The position numbers and the translations under genes are program-made. DNA of 64,000 bases from the human T2T-CHM13v2.0 reference genome, Homo sapiens, in assembly GCF_009914755.1 (NCBI RefSeq), contig NC_060944.1, one strand, 5' to 3'. The notes below the pieces were generated by a model that saw only the letters and a program-made list of their open reading frames with translations, was not told where the DNA came from and did no database searches. This document shows, in pieces, positions 27,416 through 47,530 of the stretch (the first letter of the stretch is position 1; each line of letters begins with the position of its first letter).

Positions 27416-30400
27416 TCATGCTCACACATGCCCTGGCCCACCGCCCCACCTCGACCTCTCCCTCTGGGACCCCAGTCCTGCCTCCTCTGCTACACCCCCT
27501 CCCCACCACACTCACCAGCCCTCCCCTGGGGGCCTGCGGCAGGGACCACAGGGGTTTCCTAAGGTCCCCTCATTCTTCGCCATCTGAGGCCCTCTCAGAT
27601 CTGCTGGCAGACATTTCGGGGGAAAGAGGAGGGGCCAGGAGCTCCTAGCAGCTCCCCCTCTGCAACCTTGACTGGCTCTGCAGACACCTCCTAGGTGCCA
27701 CGATGGGCCGGGCACGTTCCAGGCGCCAGGGACACATTCCCACCATGCAGGGAGACAGGAGACAAGCACAGTTGTGCCGGCAGGAGGAGCCAGCAGGGCT
27801 GAGAGGGGGAGGACAGGAGCCAGGGAGGGCTTCCCTGAGGTGTCATGGGCACAGACACTGTCAGGCGTGGGGAGGGATGCACTCTGCAGGGGGATCTGCA
27901 CTGCCCAGGCCAGGAGCCGAGAAGTGGATCCAGGAAGGGCTGGGCCCTGCGGTTACCTGTCACCCAGAATGGCACTGGGCGCCTCTTCTGTCCCCGCCGG
28001 CTGTGTGGCCCGAGGCGGGCCCTGGGGCTTGGGTTTCTCATCCATGCAGTAGGGACAGTGTCCCACCTCTGCGTCCCTCATGGGGCATGGCAAGGACCGG
28101 GGGAATGGAGGGCCTGCCTGGTCGGATCAGAGAGCAGGGTGGGGGGTGGCGGCGGTCTCAAAGAGGAAGGAAGGCCCCTAGGCTGGGGAAGTCGTGTTGA
28201 TGCCACCACGGGCACAGCCAAGGACAAAATGCCCTGGGGGCCTCACGGGACCAGACCCTTGGGTCCTCCCATCAGGGGTGGGAGACCATCCTGTCCATGA
28301 CCACGTCCCACGACATGACTTCAGTTCCCACCTGTCCTCACACTGGGGACTCCCCCTGCTCACTGCACCCACTGTCCAGTGATGGGTAATTTGAGCCCCA
28401 GCAGAACAGTTGTCAAAAGGCTGCTCCGGGAAGGCCACGCAGGCACCACACTCAGGGCAAACGTAGTGGAGTAGGGGGTGGGAGGCGATTGCGGACATGG
28501 GCATGAGGGTTCCCAGGAAGAGGGTGGGCATGAGGCAGGCATCTGCATGCTTTTGGGGGGGCATGGCTCTGAAGGGGCAGGTGCAGGTGGGAGAGGGTGT
28601 GGGGAGAGAGAATTCTGTGCCCCCATGCAGGGGGATGGGTGTTGCCAGAGGCAGGGTGGGGGCACCGCGGACAGTCGGGCGGAGGGCACATTCCAGGAAG
28701 CGTTTTACACACAGGCAGACAGGCCCCACTGCAGGGAAATGGAAGATGGGAAGGGCAGCCCATGGCTTTTCTGGTGTCAGAATGGATTTCTGAAACACAG
28801 AGTGAACACAGTCATCCTAAAAGCCCAGGGTTCAATGTGCTGGAGCCCAGATCCGTGGGAGCCCAGGGTGGGGACCTGGGCCTGGGGCTGGGGCTCTTTG
28901 GACACTGGCCAGGAGGAAGCAGGAGAGGAGCCAGGTAGGGCCCCGACGGCCTCACGGGCTGCTCAGGACAGACCCTGCAGCCAGGACGAGCGTAGGGCTC
29001 CAGCAAAGCTGGACCTGCAGCGTGCCGTTGGGGAGGGGCCTGCCTGGGGTCCACTGTTCCCTCAGTCACAGGCTCCCCAGCGTCCCTTCCCGCACCAGAG
29101 TGAACGGCAGGAAAAGATGCTGCAGCGGCGCCCGGCCTGCACCTCCTCCCAGGTGAATCTTGTGGAAAAGGAGATGTAGGCCTAGACAAATCTTTTGTTT
29201 TAGAACATTTCCTTCTTGAAAAAAAGAAAAAGAAAAAAGAAACCAAAAAAACCCTTGTCTTCCAGGGAGATCAAAAGGTGATGGTGAAGGAGTCCCGCAA
29301 GCTGGGAGTTTAAAAATGGAACAGGCCGGGCGCGGTGGCTCACGCCTATAATCCCAGCACTTTGGGAGGCCGAGGCGGGTGAATCACGAGGTCAGGAGTT
29401 CAAGACCAGCCTGGTCAACATGGTGAAACCCCATCTCTACTAAAAATAGAAAAAATTAGCTGGGCACGGTGGTGGGCGCCTGTAATCCCAGTGACTCAGG
29501 AGGCTGAGGCAGGAGAACCGCTTGAACCTGGGAGGCGGAGGTTGCAGTGAGCCGAGATTGTACCACTGCACTCCAGCCCAGGTGACAGTGGAGGCTCCAT
29601 CTCAAAAAAAAAAAAAGAAGAAAAAAGAAAAAAATAGCACAGAACTGGGTCAGGTGGGTTTGTCCTGCCACAGACAGGGTGCTGCTTAGAACCAACCAGC
29701 TTTCCCCAGAACTCACCTCCTGCCACTTCATGGTGGAGGGGGTGGCTGCTGGGTTGGACCCAACTCCACCATCTTCCAGCTGGTGAGGATTTCCACGCCA
29801 TTCCAGGTCACCCCCCGACCTGTTGGGAGCCGGCGTCTTGGACAGGGGAAAGCTGAACAGGGCAGTGAAGAACAGTCTAGAAGCATGTTCTTCACTTCAA
29901 GACCCAGGACCCCATGGACATCCTGCCTACAGATCGCCCCACTAGCCCTGCTTCAGTCACTGGGCATCTGGCAGCACTCGATAGGTGCCATGTGGTACTG
30001 CCTGCTCTGTGGGTGCAGCTGCCATGCCGAGGCCGTCCCCTCTGTCCTCTCCAGGCTCTCCTGTAACCTCCCAGCTCTGCTCTCCCATGCCCTCCCTCAA
30101 CCCAGCCCTTCCGTGGGGGCTCCTCCTGGCTCTCCCCGGCCTGTCCCTCCACACCCCCTTTCAGACCCTCACAGCTGCCTCCCCACACCAGCCTTCAGGG
30201 GACTCTGCAGCCCACCTCTCTGCCCACTCCTTCCTCCTAGATTCTCACTGAAGCTTCCCCCGCTCTCCCTAGACCCGCAGCTCATACCCCCGGCTACTTA
30301 TTAGAATGCCTGGCAAGCTTGGATAAAACCCCATACTCAGCCACACCCAGGCCCATTAAACCAGACACCTAGAGTTGGCCTGGAAGCCTCGAGGTACATC

Positions 30401-33379
30401 CAGGGTGCAGCAGGTAGGAGGCCTCAGTCCCAGACCAAGGAAGGAGCCCTTACCATAGAGTGCCCAGCCCCGATGCTCACCAGCGTGGGGATTGTATGTT
30501 GACCCACACTCAATGAGTGTCTGTGGGATCAGTACATCAGTGATGGGGGGATCAGTCCATCAACAGATCAATGAATGAACCAATGACTGGATGATCTGAG
30601 TGGCCACTGCTATTGGCTGAGACGGCTTCTCTCAGGTTTGTCCTCACCACCTGCTTGCTGTCTGAGCAGCCCACCCTCCTCCGTGCACCCCTGGACCCAC
30701 CTCTGCTTCCCATGGGTACACCCTTGCCTCTGATACAGACGGAAATCCTGATGGCGACAGAGCTGACTCTCCTAAGGCATCCTTTGCATCTGCATCAAAA
30801 CGATCTGAGGCCACAGATGAGGCCACGAAGAGAAGAACGTGGCCCTGCCTGCTCTGGATTCCCAGCCCCACGGCCCTGCTGTCCTGCTGCTGCTTCCCTG
30901 CACTTCCTCTGCTCACCCGCCCGGCAGAGGGTGGTCCCCTGGGCCCACGCAGGCCTGAGCAGCGCACTCCTCCAGGCTTTGGGTGTAAGTCGTTCTTGCG
31001 GTCAGTTTATCCTGTGTCTGCCTGTTCCCATCCCAAACCTCCCCAGGGACTCTAGAAAGCGTGTCCTGGGCCACCTTTCCACGTGGGGAGCAAGAAAGCC
31101 ATCAGCCCCATCCTCCCAGGGGCTCTCATGGGCAGCCTGGCCCTGACTCCCCAGGCGGCTGCTCTTCACACTGCTGTCCATGGGCAACGAGCTCCCACAC
31201 CTCTGTTGGGGTTTGTCCTGAGCGGAACCTGGGTCCCCCGACTGCCCTCCCCGCTCACTCCCTGCACATTCTCTAGGAGTTCACTGAGAAAGGTGCCTGG
31301 AGGCCTCCTCAGTCTTAGGGTCCCCCGGGGGACGAGGATGCAGAGTAGCTTCCCACGGGGCTGTGAAGGTTTTGCCCGCTGCCGACATTGTCCACCTGCA
31401 GCCACCTGAGAGGCAGTGCCAGTCAGATCACCAGCTCTTTCGTGGGACTGGGACCTGCTCTGCCAAGAGTTGGCTTCATGTCCTGTGTTCAGAAATTTCA
31501 TGATGCCATGCCGGCCTTCCTTCACTCATTCAACCTGGAGCCTCACGTCCACATTTTAGGATGTTTCCTCATAAATCACTTGCTTGGCGATGCTCTCCAT
31601 TCTGTTTTCTCTTTCTGGAGCTCTTATTAATGTTTTCTTCCCTATTTTTCATTTCATTTTCTCTACTTTATGAAAAAATTATCTTTTTTTTTTTTTGAGA
31701 CGGAGTCTCACTCTGTCACCCAGGCTGGAGTACAGTGGCACAATCTCGGCTCATGGCACAATCTCCACCTCCTGGGTTCAAGTGATTCTCCTGACTCAGC
31801 CTCCTGAAGAGCTGGGATTACAGGTGCCCACCACCATGCCCAGCTAATATTTGTGTTTTTAGTAGAGACAGCGTTTCACCATGTTGGCCAGGCTGGTCTC
31901 GGACTCCTGACCTCAGATGGTCCACCTGCCTTGGTCTCCCAAAGTGCTGAGATTACACATGTGAGCCACCACGCCCCGCCTGAGAAATTTATCTTTTATG
32001 GAAGTTTTCATTTGTGCTTTTTTTTTTTCATTTCCAAGAGCTCTTTCTTAATTTCTCACTGTTCCTTTTTTATTACATCCTGTTCTTAGGTCATGGATGT
32101 GCTGTTTTCTCTTCTCTCTCCAAGGGTATCAGCAATAAGGTTTTTTCTTTTTTATATTTTTTGTTCCTCAGGTTGCTACTCTTTCCCCCAAGCTCCCTTC
32201 TTTGGTGCATGGGGATGTGGGATCTGTCTTTCGTGTGGGGTCTTTTTCTTCTTCAAAGTCCAGTGACCCTTGGGGTCCACGTGTCTTCATGAGAGGCTCA
32301 AAAGTGCTGAGGTGGAGCAGTGTGGGTGTAGGGGGATGAGGGGCTGCTCCAGGGTGGACCTCAGAGGGGGAAGCAGCAAGGTCTGAATATGTGGTCAGGG
32401 TTCTTAAGAGGCCAGCGCAATTCCACAGAGCCCCCACCTCCCACCCGGGAGACACATCAGGCTGTTGGCACTCGGGGAGGGAGCAGAGTAAAGGGCTCAG
32501 GCCACCTTTCAGGATGTGGCTGTGACCTGATCTCCTGGCCCTCCTCAGTGCCTTGCTCTCTCACAGGCTGTGCCTACCCCTGGCCCCAGCCCAGAACCTC
32601 CCAGCCCTGACTCCTGAGAGCAGCACCTGGACCCCTGTCTTCTGCCTGCATCTGTAGGAAAAGCAGTCTCCTAGGGGTGGGTCTGAGCTCCCAGTCCACC
32701 CCATGCTCCACCTTCAGAGCTGCCTGGCCTTCTGGATGGAGTCCCTCTGGGGTCCTGGGGATTCCCCACCCTGTGTGCCTGGGCTCTGCCTCTCCCTGGT
32801 CTGCCCAGTTGGTACTGCCCAGCTGTCTGTCTTCCAGCTGAGCCAGAGAGGAGATGCCCACAGATAAGCAGGGTCAGCCGTGTCCTCTGTGGTCCTCCCG
32901 TGAGTCTAGGGAGGGGATGCCCCAGAGGAGCAAGGTCAGCAGTGTCCCCTCTGTGGTCCAAGATCCAGGGAGAAGCGTGTGCTCTGCACGCTGTGCTGAA
33001 CCAGAAGTCACCCCCTTACATTTGACTCTGTCTTCAATGTATTTTTAGAAGGAAACTGTAACCACTGCTGCTTCGAATGTGCTGTCACCATCATAGCCAC
33101 CTCCCCTACAAAGACACAAGCAGGAGCCAGAGGCTGGGAAGCCTGGCAACCTCGAGAAATGGCACCTGGGATGTCACTTGCACAAGAAAAAGAAGACAGA
33201 GTGTGCCCACCTGGCCCAAGAGCTGAAGCCCGGAAGTGGGGTTGGGTGACTGGGCCAGGAGCCTCTGCCCTCGGTCCTCCCACCTCGGGAAGAATCCGGG
33301 GCACAGTGTTATGGGGCAGTTGTAGGAGTAGCCGACAAACAAAATCAGGAGACTTCTCGTCACATTCAGACTTCCAGCT

Positions 33380-33807
33380 TGCTATAGGTTGGATGTTCAT
33401 CCCCTCCAAATCTCCTGTTGAACTGTGGCTACCGGTGCTGGAAGTGGGCCTGGCGGGAGGTGTCTGGGTCCTGGGGACAGATCCCTCGTGGCTTGGTGCT
33501 GTCCTGCCATAGTGAGTTCTCCAAGATCTGATTGTTTAGAGGCGTGTGGCACCGCCCCGCACTCTTTCCTGTTCCTCTTCTCGCCGGGTAATGTGCCTGC
33601 TCCTGCTTCCCCTTCTGCCTGAGTGGAAGCTCCCTGAGGACCCCCGGAAGCCGAGCAGCTGGCGATGCCATGCTTGTACAGCCTGCAGAACCGTGAGCCA
33701 ATTAAACTTATTTCTTTATATTACCCAGCCTCAGGTATCTCTTTATAGCAATGCAAAAAAAAAAAAAAAAAGAAACAACAACAAAAAAAACCCCACAGCC
33801 TAACACA
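33380..33807 (+). mobile_element. MaLR solo LTR (MSTB-like)
   Basis: tgctataggttggatgtt...cagcctaacaca with 5-bp TSD cagct at 33375-79 and 33808-12. Confidence 0.88.
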
Positions 33808-33819
33808 CAGCTCCTCTTA

Positions 33820-34201
<382 letters not shown>

Positions 34202-36504
34202 TCATTTTTCTGAGTGTCAATGTATTTATCTGTAAAATAAAAATTTACTTTTAATTTTTAAAAAATGGCCTGGGGTGACAACTGCCCCACCCCCTGGGGT
34301 AGGATCTGTGCCCCTCAAATCTGCCCGCTCCCCAGCATTAGCACCGTTCCTACTAGTGAGTCTATGACCCCTGGGCCGAGGGAGTTAGGGTGACTGTGGG
34401 GCAGCTCTAGGCCCCTTCTCCCCTCCACTGTGCAGGGGCAGCCTCGGAGCCCTTCACTCCTCAGGCCTGGGCTGGTGCCCCTCCGTGCCTGCTGTGGGAG
34501 CTGGGGACGCATGCCACCCTCACGGGGTAGGCATGCCAGCCGGGGAGCCAGAAAGAACATGAGGCAAAGATGGGTTGAGTGCAGGGTGGACCCAGGGTGG
34601 CAGGGAGGAGCTGCTTGCCATTTGAGCCGGGTGGCCTCTCCGAGAGCAGAGGAGGCTGAGGCCCAGCCACGTGGGGTCTGGAGGAAGAGTCTCCAGGCAG
34701 GGGCAGCAGATGAGAGGGCACCAAGGCAGGAGTGTCCTCAGGGGACAGCAGGGGGACCCGAGTGGCACCTCAAGGGGGAGGAACAGGGAGGTGGGCGGTT
34801 GGGCAGATCCCCAGGCCTCTCCACATTCCGGAAGGGATCCCCCCTGGCCTTGTGTGCACCAGGTGAGGGGCCAGGGCAGAGGAGGGCCAGGCAGAGGCTC
34901 CTCCTGTAACACAAGCAAGGTGGCCGCGGCGGGGGCCGTGTGGCTGCAGGTTAGGTGTCGTTGGATTCTGCATAGGTGTTGAAAGTCAAGGCATTGAGAT
35001 TTCCTGGCCCCAGCTGTGAGAGAACGACGTGGGGGTCATGGAGAGCTCCAGGGCCTTTGCCTGAGCACTGGTGGTGGGGACCGATGCCACTGGGGCGGGT
35101 GGAGACAGATCTGCATCCCTGGCATCAGAACTGCAGTCCTTTGCACGCAGCCCCAGGGGGACGGGAACCTGCGGTCCGGGAGCCATGGGGGCTGCAGCTC
35201 AGGGAGAAGCCCCCACGTGGTGAGGTTGCACATGGCCAGGCCAGGACTGGGCGCTGAGCCCCAGGAGGAACCCGAGGGAGACTAGAAGTGGGGCCAGCAG
35301 AGAGAGGAAACCAGGGGATGTTGGGGAGCCCGGCAGCAGTAGGAGGGGGGACTGTGGCCGAGCTGCCCCTCCCCACCCCAGAGGACAGCTTAAGGGACTT
35401 AATCTCCAGGAAGTCATGGGTGACCTTGACCACGACAGCATCAGCTTGTGGCAGAATGGCAGTGATTGCAGGGGCAGTTCCTCTGGCGTTTGCAGAAAAC
35501 AGGAGGCAAGCTTGCCGGGGATAGGGGGTTACGGGAGGGGGGTTTAGAGTGGGCAAAATTGCAGGATACTTGGGGGCTACTAGGGATGGCTCTGAAGAGA
35601 GGGGAAAGCTGAAGTTCCCAGGAGAGGACTCAGCAGAAGGGAAGGGAGCCCAGGGGGGCCGGGGGAGGAGCCGTGTGGAAGGAAGGAGACAAGAGATGGG
35701 TGGAATGGGAAGAGGAGGTGGGAGGCAGGGGAGGTGGAGAAAAGGAGGGGGAGGTGGGAGGGAGCCCTTGGGAAAGGAGGAAGAGTTAGGTGTTGGGGGA
35801 GGTGGGAGTGAGGGATACACGGGAGGCAGGAGGGACTGCCTGTAAGGACTTGGACTCAGCCAGGCGCACAAACAGCAACCAAGAATGATGTTTGCACATC
35901 TCAGGCCCAACTTTTACAACCACTTTGGAACAAAACCAAAGACAGTAAACACGGTGAAGTCATCCAGTGCATGTGAAAGAAAAAAAAATATTGTGTTCTT
36001 CATCCAAACAGTGAATGTTCGTAGCATTTCTGAGAAACACAGGTCACGTGGATACTAATCAGGGAGTGCTTCCTGGAAGAGGTGGGAGTACGGGCAGAAA
36101 TCAGCCAGGTAGAGGGGAGGTGGCTTTCCAGACAAGACCATGGGCTGAGCAAAGGCCCCAGATGGAGGAGGAGGAGGAGTGGACAGGCCAGTGTGGGGAG
36201 GGTCTGCGTCTGCTGGGAGCAGAGAGAAGCCCCATCACACCGGCTCCTTCCTTGGGAGGCCTTCTCACCTTCCTAGAGGGAGCAGCGCCCCCATCCTGCT
36301 CCCCCCACCTCCCTGCAGCCTGCACCTGCCTATCAAGAAGCCTTACCCCATCTCAAGCACACACTTGGGTATACGTTGGTCTCTGCCACCAGCTGCAGCT
36401 GATCTCTGCCAGCTCCGCAAGGGAGAGCCCTGTTGTGTTCAGTTCATTATTGTGTTTCCAGACCCAAGACAATGCATAAATGTATGAATGAATAATAGAA
36501 ATGA

Positions 36505-36830
36505 ATGGATGGATGGACGGACGGATGGATGGATGGGTCGATGGATAGATGGGCAGATGGATGGATGGATGGATGGACAGATGGGCAGATGGATGGATGA
36601 ATGGATAGATGGGCAGATGGATGGATGGATGGATGGATGGATGGATGGATGGATGGGCGGATGGATGGATGGATGGATGGGCAGATGGATGGATGGATGG
36701 ATGGATGGATGGATGGATGGATGGATGGGTAGATGGATGGATGGATGGATGGATGGATGGATGGGCGGATGGATGGATGGATGGATGTGCAGATGGATGG
36801 ATGGATGGATGGGCAGATGGATGGGTGAAT
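36505..36830 (+). repeat. Interrupted (GGAT)n tetranucleotide repeat
   Basis: GGAT run with recurrent gggcagat interruptions, explaining the MDGW/IHPS pseudo-ORFs. Confidence 0.97.
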
Positions 36831-37247
36831 GAACAGATAGGTGGGTAGGTAAATAGATGGATATGTGCATGAATAGAAGGATAAGCAAATTCATGGGCAG
36901 ATGAGTAGATGCGTGGGTGGATGCATGGATAGATGCGTGTGTAGCTGAATATCAGTTCAACTCTATTTTCTTAGGACTGGGTTGTTGCCTTTTACACCCC
37001 CAAAACCTTTATCCAAAGGCCTTTCTCACATTACTTTTCTCTTTCTCTTTGTTCTCAAGAAGTTCTTGCCTATAACCTTTATTTCTGGACATAATTACAA
37101 ATAACCTTACATTGTTATTTAAATTCTTCATGTTTACACATTTAGCTTATAAATAATTCAAGAGGCTAATGCTGACTTTGAACTAGACTCACTACCAGAG
37201 TGATAAATCAACCATGTTTGAACCCCTGTGGACTTGGCAATGTTCTA

Positions 37248-37520
<273 letters not shown>

Positions 37521-39151
37521 TCAAATAAATAAATAAATCAGCTGGGCATGGTGGTACATGTCTGTAGTCTCAGCTACTCAGAAGACTAAGGCAGGAGGAT
37601 CACTTGAGCCCAGGAGGTCGATGCTGCAATGAGCTGTGACCGCACCCTTGCACTCCAGCTTGGGTTACAGAACGAGATCCTGTCTCAAAAAAAAAAAAAA
37701 AAAAAAAAGATAAAAAAGTGTTCTGCTCGAGCTCTTCTTGGGGACTGGGCCTGCCCTGGGATGCATTCTGCAGAGATGTCCCTGCCTGGTCTTCAGACAT
37801 AAGGGGCCTCACTCGAACCTTTTGAAGCTCCCCATTGCCCCTTGCCCAGCCTCTCCTTGGCCCACCCATACCTGTGCCCCCACTCTCCCACCCTAACCCT
37901 CCCAGCCTTACCTCACTCTACGCCACCTACACCTCTGCCCCTCCAGCCACTCTGGTCTCCTTCTAGCTCCCCAGAGGTGCCATCTTCCCTTCTGCCACGG
38001 GACCTTTGCCATGCAGTTTCCTGTCTTTGCCTTGTTAACCTCCATGCATTCTTCAATTTGGGGCTCGCTGTCACTTCCTTGGGGCCCCTATAGGGTCAGG
38101 CCTCATGCACCCTCTCCTTGTCTTCTCTGTGCTTGCTTGGCTGCTGGTCATTACTCAGCCAGGTGAGTATCTGGTTTACCTCTCCTTCCCCCTCTCAACT
38201 GGATGCTCCATGAGGGCAACCCCAGCCTGGTTTTCCCTCATCATGTACCTCCCAGAGTGAGGGGGTATCTACAGAGCCCCAGAAAAGGGGCTCCTGGGAA
38301 GGCAGGGGGTGCCTGGCTGGACTCTACTGCCATTTGATGCCCTGAGGGGAGAGTGCATCAAGCTGCCCCATGCACCTGCCGGTCCCTACCTGCCTGGGGT
38401 CAGGGTCAAGTCAGCTTCTTACCCTAATTTGGCATCCAGGAGAGACAGCCCACTGGCTTGGGCGCAGAAGTAACCAGCACTCCAGAGAGCTCCATCTTGC
38501 GGAACGGCATCTGGGGAAGCATCTGGTTTTGCCATCTGATGAGATCTGGTAATTTAAAAGTGTGTGGCACACCAACCTTGCTCCCGTTCTCACCGTGTGA
38601 TGTGTCTGCTCCCACTTCTTTTGTCACTATGACTGGAAACTTCCTGAGGCCTCCCAAGAAGCAGATGCCACTATGCTTCCTGTAAAGCCTGCAGAACCTT
38701 GAGTCAATTAAACTTCTTTCCTTATCAATGCTGCAGTCTTGGCCAGGCGCAGCAGCTCGCGCCTCTAAAGTTGATGAAGACCTAGCCTGCCATGTGCTCA
38801 TAAGAGCCAGCCTCTCACCACAGGAGGCCATCAAAGTCAGGGAGACTCCAGGGAGTCCTGCTGTGGGGAGACAGGATCCTCACAGGCTTTCCTGGAAACG
38901 CTGGAGCATGCTGGGCCCTCCCCATCCCCATGGCCACACAAGGCCTTACATGTGCTGGTGTGCTGAGTTCCAGGACCCCAGTGAGAGGCCCAGCAGTAAA
39001 AGGCAATAACATAGGTGGGGAAGGAAGGGCCAGGGAGGCAGCAGTTGCCTCTACTCAGTGGGGCATCAGCCCCAACTGCCAGTCCCCAGCTGAGCAACCC
39101 AGAAAGTCACTTTTCTTCTCTGAGCCCCATCTATAAAAAGAGAGGGAGTTG

Positions 39152-40620
<1,469 letters not shown>

Positions 40621-40713
40621 TCCGGGTGCAGTGGCTCACGCCTGTAATCCCAGCACTTTGGGAGGCCGAGGTGGGCAGATCATGAGGTCAGGAGATCGAG
40701 ACCATTCTGGCTA

Positions 40714-42689
<1,976 letters not shown>

Positions 42690-42754
42690 TCAAAGTATCT
42701 CATGTACCCCATGAATATATACAACTACTATGTATGCGTAAAAAAATTTTTTTA

Positions 42755-43207
<453 letters not shown>

Positions 43208-43564
43208 TCAGCCCTGTGTGCTCTTCCCGTGAGAAGACCTACCATCATCAGTCTCAGCACCCTCCTTCGTGCCCCAAATGCAGATTCCCAGGAGAGAACT
43301 AGTTGGCCCAGCCTAGGGACTGGTTCCCCTGGCCAGGTGACCATCCCATCCAATCACTGGTGACAAAGGAGATGGCCGGGCAGCACAGCCATGGCCGCGG
43401 GAGCCCCATGTCTGATCCAGCAGGGGCATGGGGTGGATGCTGATTTCAAACACAAGGACTATGGCAGCTTCCCAAAGGGTATGCATGACTCCTCACAAAA
43501 TGGCACACGAGGACATTGTTGAGGGCATGGATTATAGTGAATACCGACATCCTCTCCATGGCAG

Positions 43565-46386
<2,822 letters not shown>

Positions 46387-46695
46387 TGAGTGCCACCACG
46401 CCTGGCTAATTTTTGTGTGTGTTATAGAGATGAGGTTTTGCCATGTTGCCCAGGCTCATCTTGAACTCCTGGGCTTAAGTGATCTGCCCACCTCAGCTTC
46501 CCAAAGTGCTGGGATTACAGGCATGAGCCACCATGCCTGGCGCAGCCTTTATTTTTATTTATTTATGTATTAATGTATTTATTTTAGAGAGAGGCTCTTG
46601 CTCTGTCACCAAGGCTAGAGTACAGTGGCAAGATCACAGCTCACTGTAACCTTGAATTCCTGGGTTCAAGTGATCCTTCCACCTCAGCCTGCTGA

Positions 46696-46860
<165 letters not shown>

Positions 46861-47353
46861 TGACCTCACTTGGCCTTTGTTGATGACAGGCAGGAAAGTC
46901 AGACAGGGTTCATTTATTTACTCAGCAAATATCTGGGTGGGATGTGTAACACTGTGCCTAAGACTATGGGTTCTCCAGCCTGGGTTTGTATCCTGGCTCC
47001 GCTGGGACAGTGGGCATGTTCTTTAACTGCCCTGGTCCTCAGTTCCCTGGCTATAAAATGGGGACACTCATTAAACCTGTTCCAGAGTGTTGCTTTGAAC
47101 ACCACACACATAAACTGCTCAGCACAACGCCCAGCATGCACTCAACTATTAGGAATTTTGTCTGCTGTTATTTTCAGTTTCTTTCTTTCTTTTTTTTTTT
47201 TTTTGAGACGGAGTCTTGCTCTTTCGCCCAGCCTGGAGCACAGTGGTGCAATCTCGGCTCACTGCAACCTCCACCTCCCAGGTTCAAGCAATTCTCCTGC
47301 CTCAGCCTCCTGAGTAGCTGGGACAACAGGCATGCGCCACCATGCCCAGCTAA

Positions 47354-47530
<177 letters not shown>

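Noticed and set aside
35390-35470. Protein-like stretch AVVVKVTHDFL on the minus strand
   Set aside because: It resembles decayed L2 reverse-transcriptase sequence (ALVKVTNDL), not a host exon.
36439-36894. MDGW / IHPS repeat ORFs
   Set aside because: These are translations of the (GGAT)n microsatellite.
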